This document shows positions 1-7,774 of a stretch of 36,680 bases of DNA, one piece after another. Under the pieces are notes generated by a model, which worked only from the letters and a program-made list of their open reading frames with translations, searched no databases and had not been told where the DNA came from. Each line of letters begins with the position of its first letter. Positions within the stretch are counted from its first letter, which is position 1. The DNA is from a virus (Duplodnaviria; Caudoviricetes). Where the stretch lies: the IMG/VR virus record IMGVR_UViG_3300012981_000015. One strand, given 5' to 3'. Made by a program: the position numbers and the translations under genes.

Positions 1-258
1 ATGAAACCGCCGATCAGTCTCGACGAACTTCACGAAATAATCGGACTGAATTTCATCTGGAAAAACGATCGTTATATCGCCATCGAAATCATCGACCAGC
101 CGCCGGCCCTGATCGCGCAAAAATGTCATCCTGATCACGCCATTCAGAGCGACGTTCATGGTCGCGCACACCGCGAAGTCAGCACCACCATCAGCATCCC
201 GGTCCTTGTCGAGGACGGCTCCCGGCTACATCCAGAATTTCTCCTCATAAAATTCTGA
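1..258 (+). CDS. Hypothetical protein (host, 85 aa)
   Basis: Open ORF with natural-looking composition upstream of the tRNA promoter. Family not recognised; the start is at the window edge. Confidence 0.55.
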   Translation: MKPPISLDELHEIIGLNFIWKNDRYIAIEIIDQPPALIAQKCHPDHAIQSDVHGRAHREVSTTISIPVLVEDGSRLHPEFLLIKF

Positions 259-281
259 TTCGTTTTTTTGCATTTACTTTC

Positions 282-309
282 TTGACGGATTTGTGAAATC
301 CAGTATAAT
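282..309 (+). promoter_or_regulatory. Sigma70 promoter of tRNA-Lys
   Basis: TTGACG (282-287), 16-bp spacer, TATAAT (304-309), then a GC-rich discriminator-like segment; typical stable-RNA promoter. Confidence 0.85.
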
Positions 310-323
310 TGCGGCTCTCAACC

Positions 324-399
324 GGGTCGGTAGCTCAGTCGGTAGAGCAGCGGACTTTTAATCCGTTTGTCGCGGGTTCGAATCCCGCCCGACCCACCA
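324..399 (+). tRNA. tRNA-Lys (anticodon TTT)
   Basis: 76 nt; acceptor stem GGGTCGG/CCGACCC, D arm GCTC...GAGC, anticodon loop CTTTTAA (TTT at 357-359), GTTCGAATC T loop, encoded CCA end. Confidence 0.97.
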
Positions 400-405
400 G
401 AAAAC

Positions 406-433
406 AAGGCTTGCAGCGATGCAAGCCTTTTTT
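406..433 (+). terminator. Rho-independent terminator of tRNA-Lys
   Basis: Perfect 10-bp stem AAGGCTTGCA-gcga-TGCAAGCCTT running into a T tract. Confidence 0.9.
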
Positions 434-510
434 ATTTCCATCCGGAGCTTTCCAATAAATCCGGCGTCACACCACCGATGTCAGTATTCTCAAAGCCGAC
501 TGCGCGTGCT

Positions 511-558
511 TGTAACGGCGCGGCCAATTTGGCACTGATTTGCGATTTATTTGGCACT
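511..558. repeat. Putative prophage right end: terminal TG and two transposase-binding-like repeats
   Basis: TGTAAC at 511, then ATTTGGCACT at 527-536 and 549-558 (22-bp period), immediately past the last phage gene (RT stop at 566). Confidence 0.6.
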
Positions 559-565
559 AAACATT

Positions 566-1579
566 TTAAAAAATAATAGACGAAAATAGCTTTTTACGAA
601 GCCGCCATGTATCCCCATGTTTTGCATGGGCTACGAATGCCTTAACCCTAGCCATCACCTGATCAGAACTGGCCCAACCCTCTTCCTTGCCGCGCACCAG
701 ATGCCGCATATCACGCCTGAACATCACAACCGCTCGGCGGCGTAACAACTTATGAGTTGGCCAGATACGGTAGCCAAGCGCATTAATACCTTGCGTTGCG
801 CGGTGCACGCTCCACCGCGAAAACGTAAGCCCATATCGACCAGCACGATCTTCAATCTGCCGCACGAACCACTGCGCCTCAGACTGGCTGGAGAAGATGG
901 CAACCATATCATCCATATAGCGCAGATAGCGCTTCACACGCAACTCACGCTTGATCCACTGGTCGATCTCGTTGCCTAGCAGGTTGGCCAGCCACTGGCT
1001 GGTTAGGTTTCCAACCGGGATGCCGACACCGCCGGGCGTGCTGCCGATAATCGAATCCAGCAGTTGCAGGGTTCGCTCGCATATGATCTTGCGCCGGCAG
1101 ATCAGCTTTAGATCGGCATGCTGAATACGTTGGAAATACTTGCTGAAATCCGTCTTCGCAATCCAGACCTCCGCCAACGGCTGATTGGCCGCCATATCGC
1201 GTAGCCACTGCTGCAACCGGTCAGCCCCGGCATGCGTGCCCTTGCCGGGGCGACATGCATAGGTGTCCTCGATCATGCAGGCATCCCAGATCGGCTGCAT
1301 CACATTCAGGATGGCATGCTGCATTACCCTATCCGCGAAAGGCGCAGCCAGAATTTCCCGGCGCTTCGGCTCATACACAACGAATCGACGATAGTCGCCC
1401 ATCCGGTAGGTTCCGTGCAGCAGATGGTGCTGGATATTCCCCAGGTGCAGCCAAAGGTCGCTGGAAAACACCTGCACTTCAGCGCGATCTCGCTTGCCGC
1501 TGCGGGCTTTCTGGTAGGCCAGCAGCAGGTTATCCCAGTCGGCAATCCGCTCGATTAGATGGTCGTGTTTTTTACTCAT
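566..1579 (-). CDS. DGR reverse transcriptase
   Basis: Motifs FADRVMQHA, ACRPGKGTHAG, KTDFSKYF, GIPVGNLTSQWLAN (DGR-type SQ) and YLRYMDD; no maturase or endonuclease domain. Start chosen at ATG 1579 (MSKKHDHL); the ORF extends to 1624. Confidence 0.95.
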   Translation of the reverse strand: MSKKHDHLIERIADWDNLLLAYQKARSGKRDRAEVQVFSSDLWLHLGNIQHHLLHGTYRMGDYRRFVVYEPKRREILAAPFADRVMQHAILNVMQPIWDACMIEDTYACRPGKGTHAGADRLQQWLRDMAANQPLAEVWIAKTDFSKYFQRIQHADLKLICRRKIICERTLQLLDSIIGSTPGGVGIPVGNLTSQWLANLLGNEIDQWIKRELRVKRYLRYMDDMVAIFSSQSEAQWFVRQIEDRAGRYGLTFSRWSVHRATQGINALGYRIWPTHKLLRRRAVVMFRRDMRHLVRGKEEGWASSDQVMARVKAFVAHAKHGDTWRLRKKLFSSIIF

Positions 1580-1593
1580 ATTTGGAGGTTGTT

Positions 1594-1911
1594 GCCATGC
1601 AGCGGCTTGGTATCGCGACTGCACGGCGTTTTTTGATATTCAGCCAGGCGACTGCCTGGCTGGGATGAAGCGGCTGATCCATAGGGGATGCAGGGTGCAC
1701 GAGATTCCGCCCGGGCATCTGAGTATTGCTCTGCTGCTATTGCATCACTGACACCGCGCACGCCGATATTGCCATTGGCATTCCAGGCATTGGCATTCAA
1801 ATTGAGCGTGCGAGCGCCCGCGTGGATACCCTCAACCCAACTGCCACCGGCGATGGCGTAGCGCCAGGCAACGTGGTTCACCTGGCCGCGCGTCGAAACC
1901 CGCCTTATCCC
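1594..1911 (-). ncRNA. Putative DGR template RNA (TR plus structured flanks)
   Basis: Segment between avd and RT containing TR, hairpins at 1641-1662 (perfect 9-bp stem) and 1594-1627, and long-range complementarity between 1662-1673 and 1900-1911. Boundaries approximate. Confidence 0.6.
1744..1892 (-). repeat. DGR template repeat (TR), 149 bp
   Basis: Ungapped match to 2342-2490 (offset 598) with 12 mismatches, 11 at sense-strand adenines of this copy. Contains six AAT codons in the target reading frame. Confidence 0.97.
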
Positions 1912-1919
1912 TTGTTGCA

Positions 1920-2336
1920 TTACTGCCCTTTTATCGATTTGCGCCAGGAGGCTGCCATCGCACCAACCTGCCGCAGTAGTCCACCTCGCGGCGAGACTTC
2001 GGTAGGCGCGCTCATGATATGCCCCACGAATCGCGGGCTGATCAGCTTGCGCTCCGCACCAATGCGCAATAGGGCATTGGTTACTTCCAGATGGTCTGTT
2101 AATGCAAACACCTTGGTCTTGGTGCCTGAGCTCGCTGCCTGCACTACCAGTTCAGGCAGTGCAAACAACGCCGATTCCAGCCGCGCACCGTAGCGGTAGC
2201 GATGGCAGCGCGGAATCTTATCGAGCACAGGCATTGCCTCGACAATCAGCTGCTCGCACAGCTCCAGCACCTTCAGCCTCGGCAAGTCAGCCGCCCGGCC
2301 ACTGCCGTGACCAGGCAAATCAAGCGATATGCTCAT
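1920..2336 (-). CDS. avd: DGR accessory variability determinant (four-helix bundle)
   Basis: 138 aa, basic, with Avd-like pattern (IPRCHRYRYGARL...LLRIGAERKLIS...VGAMAASW). Lies between target and TR; its ATG overlaps the target stop (ATGA). Confidence 0.88.
   Translation of the reverse strand: MSISLDLPGHGSGRAADLPRLKVLELCEQLIVEAMPVLDKIPRCHRYRYGARLESALFALPELVVQAASSGTKTKVFALTDHLEVTNALLRIGAERKLISPRFVGHIMSAPTEVSPRGGLLRQVGAMAASWRKSIKGQ
2294..2315 (-). promoter_or_regulatory. Candidate DGR target-recognition hairpin downstream of VR
   Basis: Minus strand CCTGGTCAC-GGCA-GTGGCCGGG: 9-bp stem with two T.G pairs and a GRNA-type loop, ~18 nt after the target stop. Confidence 0.5.
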
Positions 2337-3382
2337 AGGGAATCACTGACACCGCGCACGCCGATATTGCCACCGGCAGCCCAGGCAGCGGCACCCAAAC
2401 TGAGCGTGCGAGCGCCCGCGTGGAGACCCTCAACCCAACTGCCACCGGCGACGGCGTCGCGCCAGGCAACGTGGTTCACCTGGCCGCGCGCTTGAGCAGC
2501 GTCCTGCCCGGTATTGACCACCGTAGCATCCCACGCATAGGCGCCAGTGGTGGTGTCAAAGTGGTGATTCAGGCGCTCCCAGAGATTTCCGACACAATCC
2601 ACGAAATTTGCGCAACTCACTGATTTCTGCAGGAACCCCGTGTTGCATGGCCCGGTGTTGGTCGTCATGCTCCACGCGGTATCGTTGGCAGCATCCAACC
2701 CTTGCGGTGCGCCGTCTGCCATCATCAACCATTCTTCAAAGGTCGGTTCGCGCATCCCGGCGGCATGCACACCACGATGCAGATCCAGCTCGTTATAGCC
2801 GCCCGTCGATCGCACTGGCGATACGTTGTAGCGACTGCCGAAGACCACGCTGGGCCATGCGCCTGAGATCGGCGACAATAGGTAAATGCTGCCCCAACGT
2901 CCTGGGACGAACTCGGCCATACCCTCGGGGGCGGCCTTGGGGCGAGTGGCGAGATCCCAGACGCTGTTGGGCACGATACCGATGGCTGGCAGGAAGGCGG
3001 CATCGAAGCGATTGGCTATTGGCCGAGTTCTGCCGACGTGGAAACCGCCGATCTTGCGCGAATTGCTGGCGCTATATCCGGTTGGCGCCGTAGCATTTTT
3101 ACTGGCCACCAGTTTGGCCACGCCGCTTGCCTGCTGGACAGCATAGACATAGATATCGTCGCCGAGCGTGATTATGGAAAAGCTCGCGTCGTTATTCGCA
3201 ACGAGATAGGGGTTCCAGGCCGTGGCGGCGCTGAGGATATAGCCAAACCCGTTGCCACCGATGTTCAGCATGCCGGCCGGTATGTCCAGGGTATCGCCGC
3301 CGCTGGTTTTGGCTAGCCGCCCCTGCACCTGAAAATAACCGGCCGACATGGCCGGGATTGCAATGATGTCGCCTACAGCCAT
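2333..3382 (-). CDS. DGR target: Mtd-like receptor-binding protein with C-terminal C-type-lectin-like variable domain
   Basis: VR forms its 3' end; motifs VPNSVWDL, PEGM, DCVGNLWE and GGSW...NIGVRGVSD; last structural gene of the tail operon; GGAGG precedes ATG 3382. Confidence 0.9.
   Translation of the reverse strand: MAVGDIIAIPAMSAGYFQVQGRLAKTSGGDTLDIPAGMLNIGGNGFGYILSAATAWNPYLVANNDASFSIITLGDDIYVYAVQQASGVAKLVASKNATAPTGYSASNSRKIGGFHVGRTRPIANRFDAAFLPAIGIVPNSVWDLATRPKAAPEGMAEFVPGRWGSIYLLSPISGAWPSVVFGSRYNVSPVRSTGGYNELDLHRGVHAAGMREPTFEEWLMMADGAPQGLDAANDTAWSMTTNTGPCNTGFLQKSVSCANFVDCVGNLWERLNHHFDTTTGAYAWDATVVNTGQDAAQARGQVNHVAWRDAVAGGSWVEGLHAGARTLSLGAAAWAAGGNIGVRGVSDSL
2342..2490 (-). repeat. DGR variable repeat (VR), 149 bp, with GC-rich 3' (IMH-side) end
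   Basis: Copy of TR inside the target 3' end. Identity stops after GGCGTGCGCGGTGTCAGTGAT (VR continues TCCCTATGA, TR continues GCAATAGCA). Confidence 0.97.
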
Positions 3383-3384
3383 GA

Positions 3385-3711
3385 TCAAGCCTCCAATTCA
3401 GTGATAAGTGATTCAATTTCCGCCTGGGCGAAGCCAAGCGCAAACAGCCGCGCCTCGTTGTCGATGATGCTTTTTAGCTGCTGGCGCTGTGGATTCGTAT
3501 CGCTCGGCTCGACAACACAGTAGCCTGGCATGGCGCCATCCGGCGCCTCGCCAGCGGCAAGCACTCGGTCAAAGACGTAGTGCTGAGCCGCCTCGAGCAA
3601 GCCATGCAGCTGATTAGCAACAACATGGCGGTCTGCCTCTCCGCTCCGGGCCAGAGAGACAGCAAGATCAAAGTCTTCCCGTGTTTGCAGGATTCGCGGA
3701 ATTCCGTACAT
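3385..3711 (-). CDS. Hypothetical protein (108 aa), possible fibre adaptor or chaperone
   Basis: AAGGAGG ribosome-binding site; tightly packed between the fibre anchor and the DGR target. Function inferred from position only. Confidence 0.7.
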   Translation of the reverse strand: MYGIPRILQTREDFDLAVSLARSGEADRHVVANQLHGLLEAAQHYVFDRVLAAGEAPDGAMPGYCVVEPSDTNPQRQQLKSIIDNEARLFALGFAQAEIESLITELEA

Positions 3712-3722
3712 GTAAAACCTCC

Positions 3723-4022
3723 TTATTGTTCGATGAGGACGAGCGCGCCGTTGGAAACGCCCAGCCGGTAACTTTTTACCGCAGCGGTGTCGTGCACCTG
3801 AATGGCGTACTTAAGCTGGGAGTTATTATCAGGATCGAGGGTCTGACCGGAATCCAAAATCGCGTTGCAAAGCTCTTCCTGCACCCCGTTGTACCACTCG
3901 TACCCAGGTACCGTGGCGGGCACGCCGCCTTGCGGATTAGGGGCCGCAAAATACCCCGGTGTGCCCCCAGCCGGAGCCGCCGGTAAAACGGCGATGGCGG
4001 TACTGCGTTTGACTCGCTGCAT
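3723..4022 (-). CDS. Short tail-fibre N-terminal (baseplate anchor) protein, 99 aa
   Basis: AAGGAG before ATG 4022; PATVPGYEWYNGVQEELCNAI...LDPDNNSQLKYAI resembles the N-terminus of Mu gpS-type fibres; follows the gp48-like gene. Confidence 0.78.
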   Translation of the reverse strand: MQRVKRSTAIAVLPAAPAGGTPGYFAAPNPQGGVPATVPGYEWYNGVQEELCNAILDSGQTLDPDNNSQLKYAIQVHDTAAVKSYRLGVSNGALVLIEQ

Positions 4023-4036
4023 GGTGTCTTTCTCCT

Positions 4037-4606
4037 TTATGCGTAGCTGAAAATTACATGCGTATGCGCCGGTTTGAAGCGGCTGATCACGCATTCCAAA
4101 AGATCGTTTCCCCAAACCTCAAGCGCCATTTCGGTATCGTCTTCGGTGGTCTGCTCGCGGATGGTGTTCAGCGGCGCATTGACCTGCCAGACGAAGCGCC
4201 AGGGTTCGTCGGTTACCGGGTACTCAGAATCGTCCTCGGTGGTGTGCGGCCGCCATTCGGTGATGCTCACTGTGTAGCCGAGATCGGCCGCCAGCCCGAT
4301 GAAGAACGCCGGATCCTGGCCGCCCACCATAGTCACCTTGGCTACCAGTGCAGCGCGCCGCTCCTGAGTTGACTGGATGATCCCGGCGGCCGCCACGCAG
4401 GCATCGGGCAGTCCGTAGTTGCGCTCCCAGTCGGGAAGCATCATCACCGTGGTGCTTGGGTCTGCCTCCTCGAGCAGCTGGTTGGCGCTGTAATAGGCCG
4501 TGTCGAGCGCCTTGCCTTCGGCGGCTAATTCGATCGATATCGCCAGCCCATTCGGGTCGATGCTCGACGGCGGCAGCAGCAGCTTTAGAAGGTCGGCGTG
4601 ATTCAT
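4037..4606 (-). CDS. Baseplate protein, Mu gp48/YmfQ (DUF2313)-like
   Basis: LLPP...EADP...LPDWERNYGLPD and LECVISRFKPAHT motifs; synteny. Confidence 0.88.
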   Translation of the reverse strand: MNHADLLKLLLPPSSIDPNGLAISIELAAEGKALDTAYYSANQLLEEADPSTTVMMLPDWERNYGLPDACVAAAGIIQSTQERRAALVAKVTMVGGQDPAFFIGLAADLGYTVSITEWRPHTTEDDSEYPVTDEPWRFVWQVNAPLNTIREQTTEDDTEMALEVWGNDLLECVISRFKPAHTHVIFSYA

Positions 4607-5673
4607 GTCAGAGTCACGACGCCCTTAACAGCAATCTCGGTATGGGTGGCGTCCACCAGCGTGGCCACATTCCCGGCCGGGGCGGTGAGGTTGAAATCAA
4701 GCACGCCTGGCGTATCCGAGATAATGGCGCGAATGCGGTTGATGTAGCAGGTGTCGCCGGGTTTCAACGTGGCGAAATAGGCATCCAGCACGGTATTGAT
4801 CGCCGCCGCAACATCGGCCAGCACATACCCGGCCGCCAAGGTCAGCGTAGCAGTGATGTTGGCCGCTACCGCCGTTGGCGCGAACACCAGAAAATCCGCC
4901 TGCACCGGGCGCACGCCATCGATATGGCTTTGCACGCTGGCCACCAGGCCCGCACTGGGAAGCCCGCCATTCGTCAGGATGATTACATCGGTCGTGCCCA
5001 GCCCGCGCCGGTTGGAGTACACATAGGCAGCGCTGACGCCGGATACCTCTATCGCCCAGGCGTAATAGTCATGGGCCGCACCGCCGCAAGGCGGGTTTTG
5101 CAGGCGGAACAATATGCGCGCCAGCAGCGCGGCATTGGTCTCCGCATCGGCACCGCCGGTCATGGTATTGATCGCCGCCTGTGACAGCACGCCGGGGGGC
5201 GCAGCGGTGAGCGTCAGCGCCGTGCCTGCAAGCTTGTTTCCCGCCGCCCCGGCAAGCGAAGCCTGGGCGGCAATGTTCACCGTACCGCCGGCGCCGATCA
5301 CGCTGGCCGCAGTGGTGACAAAGGCAACGCCATCTATCGTCGTGGATGCAGTGCCAATGGGCACGGCTGCACCTGGCGTGCCGGAGAAGTCGATACTGCC
5401 GGTAGCTGCCACGGCTTGCAGCCGATAGATTTTATAGCGCGCGCCAAACCGCTCCAGGTAGTCCGTGTCAGCCGTATCCGCGAAAAGCTGGCGCACGATC
5501 CACTGTTGATGCTGGTAAAGCCCTTCGATGGCGGAGCCGGTGGCATTCGCCCGGATAGCATAATCGCCATCCAGCGCCACATTCGGCACCTGGCCATCCG
5601 AGCGCGGCTGATTAGCGATATCGCGCAATATACCGTCGCGCACAGCCTGATAATCGAGCGTTAAAAATGCCAT
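4603..5673 (-). CDS. Baseplate J-like wedge protein (Mu gp47)
   Basis: QLFADTAD, GAAGN, GGADAET...LLAR and PPCGGAAHDY..WA motifs. Confidence 0.92.
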   Translation of the reverse strand: MAFLTLDYQAVRDGILRDIANQPRSDGQVPNVALDGDYAIRANATGSAIEGLYQHQQWIVRQLFADTADTDYLERFGARYKIYRLQAVAATGSIDFSGTPGAAVPIGTASTTIDGVAFVTTAASVIGAGGTVNIAAQASLAGAAGNKLAGTALTLTAAPPGVLSQAAINTMTGGADAETNAALLARILFRLQNPPCGGAAHDYYAWAIEVSGVSAAYVYSNRRGLGTTDVIILTNGGLPSAGLVASVQSHIDGVRPVQADFLVFAPTAVAANITATLTLAAGYVLADVAAAINTVLDAYFATLKPGDTCYINRIRAIISDTPGVLDFNLTAPAGNVATLVDATHTEIAVKGVVTLT

Positions 5674-5676
5674 GTC

Positions 5677-6048
5677 TTAAATCACTTTAACGGGGTAAGT
5701 AAAAGGCAACTGCTCGCCACTGGCGGCAGTCACCTGTATGAACAAATACATCCAGCCATTGCCAGGGCGATCCACAGTTACCGCTATGTCCGTCACGCGC
5801 CCATCGGCCTTGAGCGGGGCCAGCGCCTGCTCTGAATATTGCTGAGCCAGAATCGCAACACGCGCCACATCTTTCTCGCGCTGCAACTCATGCAAACGAC
5901 TGCCCAGCGTGGTGTCGGCCCAGTAGCTGGCGAGCGGCGTCATCAGGCGCAGGTAGACGGCATTGGCTAGTCCATTTGCAGGGTCGCGCAAAGCCGCACC
6001 ATTGCTCAGTTCATAGTCACCCGTGGACGGATTGATCCAGGCATCCAT
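5677..6048 (-). CDS. Baseplate protein, Mu gp46-like
   Basis: YWAD..LGSRLHELQREK and EQALAPL..DGR motifs; synteny. Confidence 0.88.
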   Translation of the reverse strand: MDAWINPSTGDYELSNGAALRDPANGLANAVYLRLMTPLASYWADTTLGSRLHELQREKDVARVAILAQQYSEQALAPLKADGRVTDIAVTVDRPGNGWMYLFIQVTAASGEQLPFTYPVKVI

Positions 6049-6653
6049 TACATTATTCCGTTGGGCGCGCTCACACTGCCGCCTTGCGGGTCAGTGTGGG
6101 TGTGGCCGTTGTAGACGTCGCGCATGCTGGACATGGACTTGTTGCCGTGGTCGATCACCTCGCCCTGCGCCTTCACGTCGGTACTGGCGGCCACCACGGG
6201 GGTGTTCAACGCCACCTCGGTGCTGGCGTTGGCGGTGATAGTGGGCGCGTTCAGATTGATGGCGACGCCGGCATTGAGGGTAAACGTCTGGGTGGTTGCC
6301 TCGATCAGGCGGCCGCGCTTGAGCACGATGCTGTCGCCTTCGTCGGTGTAGATTGCCACCTCGCCGGACTGCAGGTTCTGCAGCCGATAGCTGCCGTGCT
6401 CGGTGGCCACGATGATGCCGTGGGCGGTCTTGCCGCCGATCGGCAGCACGATGGCCATCGTGCCGGCAGGCGGGTTGCTGGTGTAGCCGTAATGCTGGAA
6501 CAGCTCGGCATCCTGCAGCTGCTCGCCGGCCAGGCCATCGAGTTGCACCAGCTGCACAGCACCGCCTGATTTAACCAATGTCAGCACGCCGCGAAATGCC
6601 TGGCGAATGCTGCCGAGGGCGCGCTGGATACGGGCATCGATCTGCTTAATCAT
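6048..6653 (-). CDS. Baseplate central spike (Mu gp45)
   Basis: ELFQHYGYTSNPP and L.SGEVAIY motifs; C-terminal YNGHTH (HxH) tip motif. Confidence 0.9.
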   Translation of the reverse strand: MIKQIDARIQRALGSIRQAFRGVLTLVKSGGAVQLVQLDGLAGEQLQDAELFQHYGYTSNPPAGTMAIVLPIGGKTAHGIIVATEHGSYRLQNLQSGEVAIYTDEGDSIVLKRGRLIEATTQTFTLNAGVAINLNAPTITANASTEVALNTPVVAASTDVKAQGEVIDHGNKSMSSMRDVYNGHTHTDPQGGSVSAPNGIM

Positions 6654-7774
6654 GCTGCCGCTCCAGTAAGGTCGATGATCTGTCCTGGTGCGCTATTCTT
6701 GCCACGGCGATGCTTGCCCTTATGGGGGTGAGCATCCAGCACCCAGACGCCATCTTCTTTCAGCGTCAGCTCAGTGCGTGACCCGCTAGCGCGGCCGCCC
6801 CTGAATTTACGCGCCATCAGGAAAAATACGCCATCGATACCATGCGGCTCAGAAAACACCCGAACACGCTGGCCAGGCGTCCAAAGCTTGCCACCAGCAG
6901 GCTGTCCAGGCGCGACGATACGGTGACCTTTAACCGTGGCTTGCAGAGTAAAACCATGCAAGCGGCTATCGGCCAGCAGCTTGCGTGCCCGATCGAGACA
7001 GACGGCAGTATTGTCAGCTTCATGGTCAACCACGATTTTGGGTCGATACCAGCTGACGTTGGTGTCTCTGGCCGTAGCACGCAGCGCATGCTTTCCCGTT
7101 TCAGTTGCGGTGCCGTGAGTCTGACCCAGTACGGTAATCTCGGAGTAGCGTTCGTTTACCGCCTCTTGCTTGGCAAGGCTCAGGACATTATTGCCCTTGC
7201 CATTCTTGCGCAGGATGAGCGTGGCCACTTCAGGCTTGGCGTAATCCGGCCCGCCGATAACCAGCGTACCATCCGGATCAAACCAGGGCCAAAGACCATT
7301 GGCTTCGGCAATATGCGACAGCGCATCCCATGCGCTATCGCCCGGTTCCACATTGATTTTTTCACGGGTACGGGTAGCATCAGCATCGATGCGGATCTTG
7401 GTGATACCCAGCGGCCGCACCACCTTGGCCATGATGTCTGCCAGGCTGGACATACGTGCGACAAACACAGGCGCAGAGCAGTCGACCAGGTTGGCCGCCT
7501 TATCACGACCAGATATTGAGAATGTACGGGCAGTCTTGCTGACTTCATCATCGATATCATCAATCCGGCCAATCATCACGGTTTCGCCACCAACGCGCAC
7601 TTCTGCCGGCGCACCGACAACAACGTCAGGCGGCATCTGGCCACCACGCATGCCCATCGTGACATGCCATGCGTCCGCAGGGATCAGCAAGTCAGAATCG
7701 ACATCGTAGTCCTCCCAGTCCTCATGCATCTTGCCGCCGATCAGCAGCTGCACTTTGTCAGCTGGCGTAGGCAT
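6650..7774 (-). CDS. Baseplate hub protein (Mu gpP/gp44)
   Basis: DSDLLIPADAW, GRDKAANLVDCS, VEPGDSAWDAL and LWTPGQRV motifs; synteny. Confidence 0.9.
   Translation of the reverse strand: MPTPADKVQLLIGGKMHEDWEDYDVDSDLLIPADAWHVTMGMRGGQMPPDVVVGAPAEVRVGGETVMIGRIDDIDDEVSKTARTFSISGRDKAANLVDCSAPVFVARMSSLADIMAKVVRPLGITKIRIDADATRTREKINVEPGDSAWDALSHIAEANGLWPWFDPDGTLVIGGPDYAKPEVATLILRKNGKGNNVLSLAKQEAVNERYSEITVLGQTHGTATETGKHALRATARDTNVSWYRPKIVVDHEADNTAVCLDRARKLLADSRLHGFTLQATVKGHRIVAPGQPAGGKLWTPGQRVRVFSEPHGIDGVFFLMARKFRGGRASGSRTELTLKEDGVWVLDAHPHKGKHRRGKNSAPGQIIDLTGAAA

Noticed and set aside
324-510. tRNA-Lys as an integrase attB site for the prophage
   Set aside because: No integrase or duplicated tRNA 3' end in the window; the element has MuA/MuB and a Mu-type end beyond the intact tRNA terminator.
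367-576. 69-aa + strand ORF
   Set aside because: Overlaps the tRNA, its terminator and the predicted phage end; spurious.
566-1624. RT as a group II intron, retron or Abi-type enzyme
   Set aside because: The SQ motif, short length, adjacent avd and A-specific TR/VR pair identify a DGR RT.
1576-1920. 114-aa ORF resembling the C-terminus of the DGR target
   Set aside because: It is TR read in the target frame; TRs are often open but act as RNA templates, and no clear ribosome-binding site is present.
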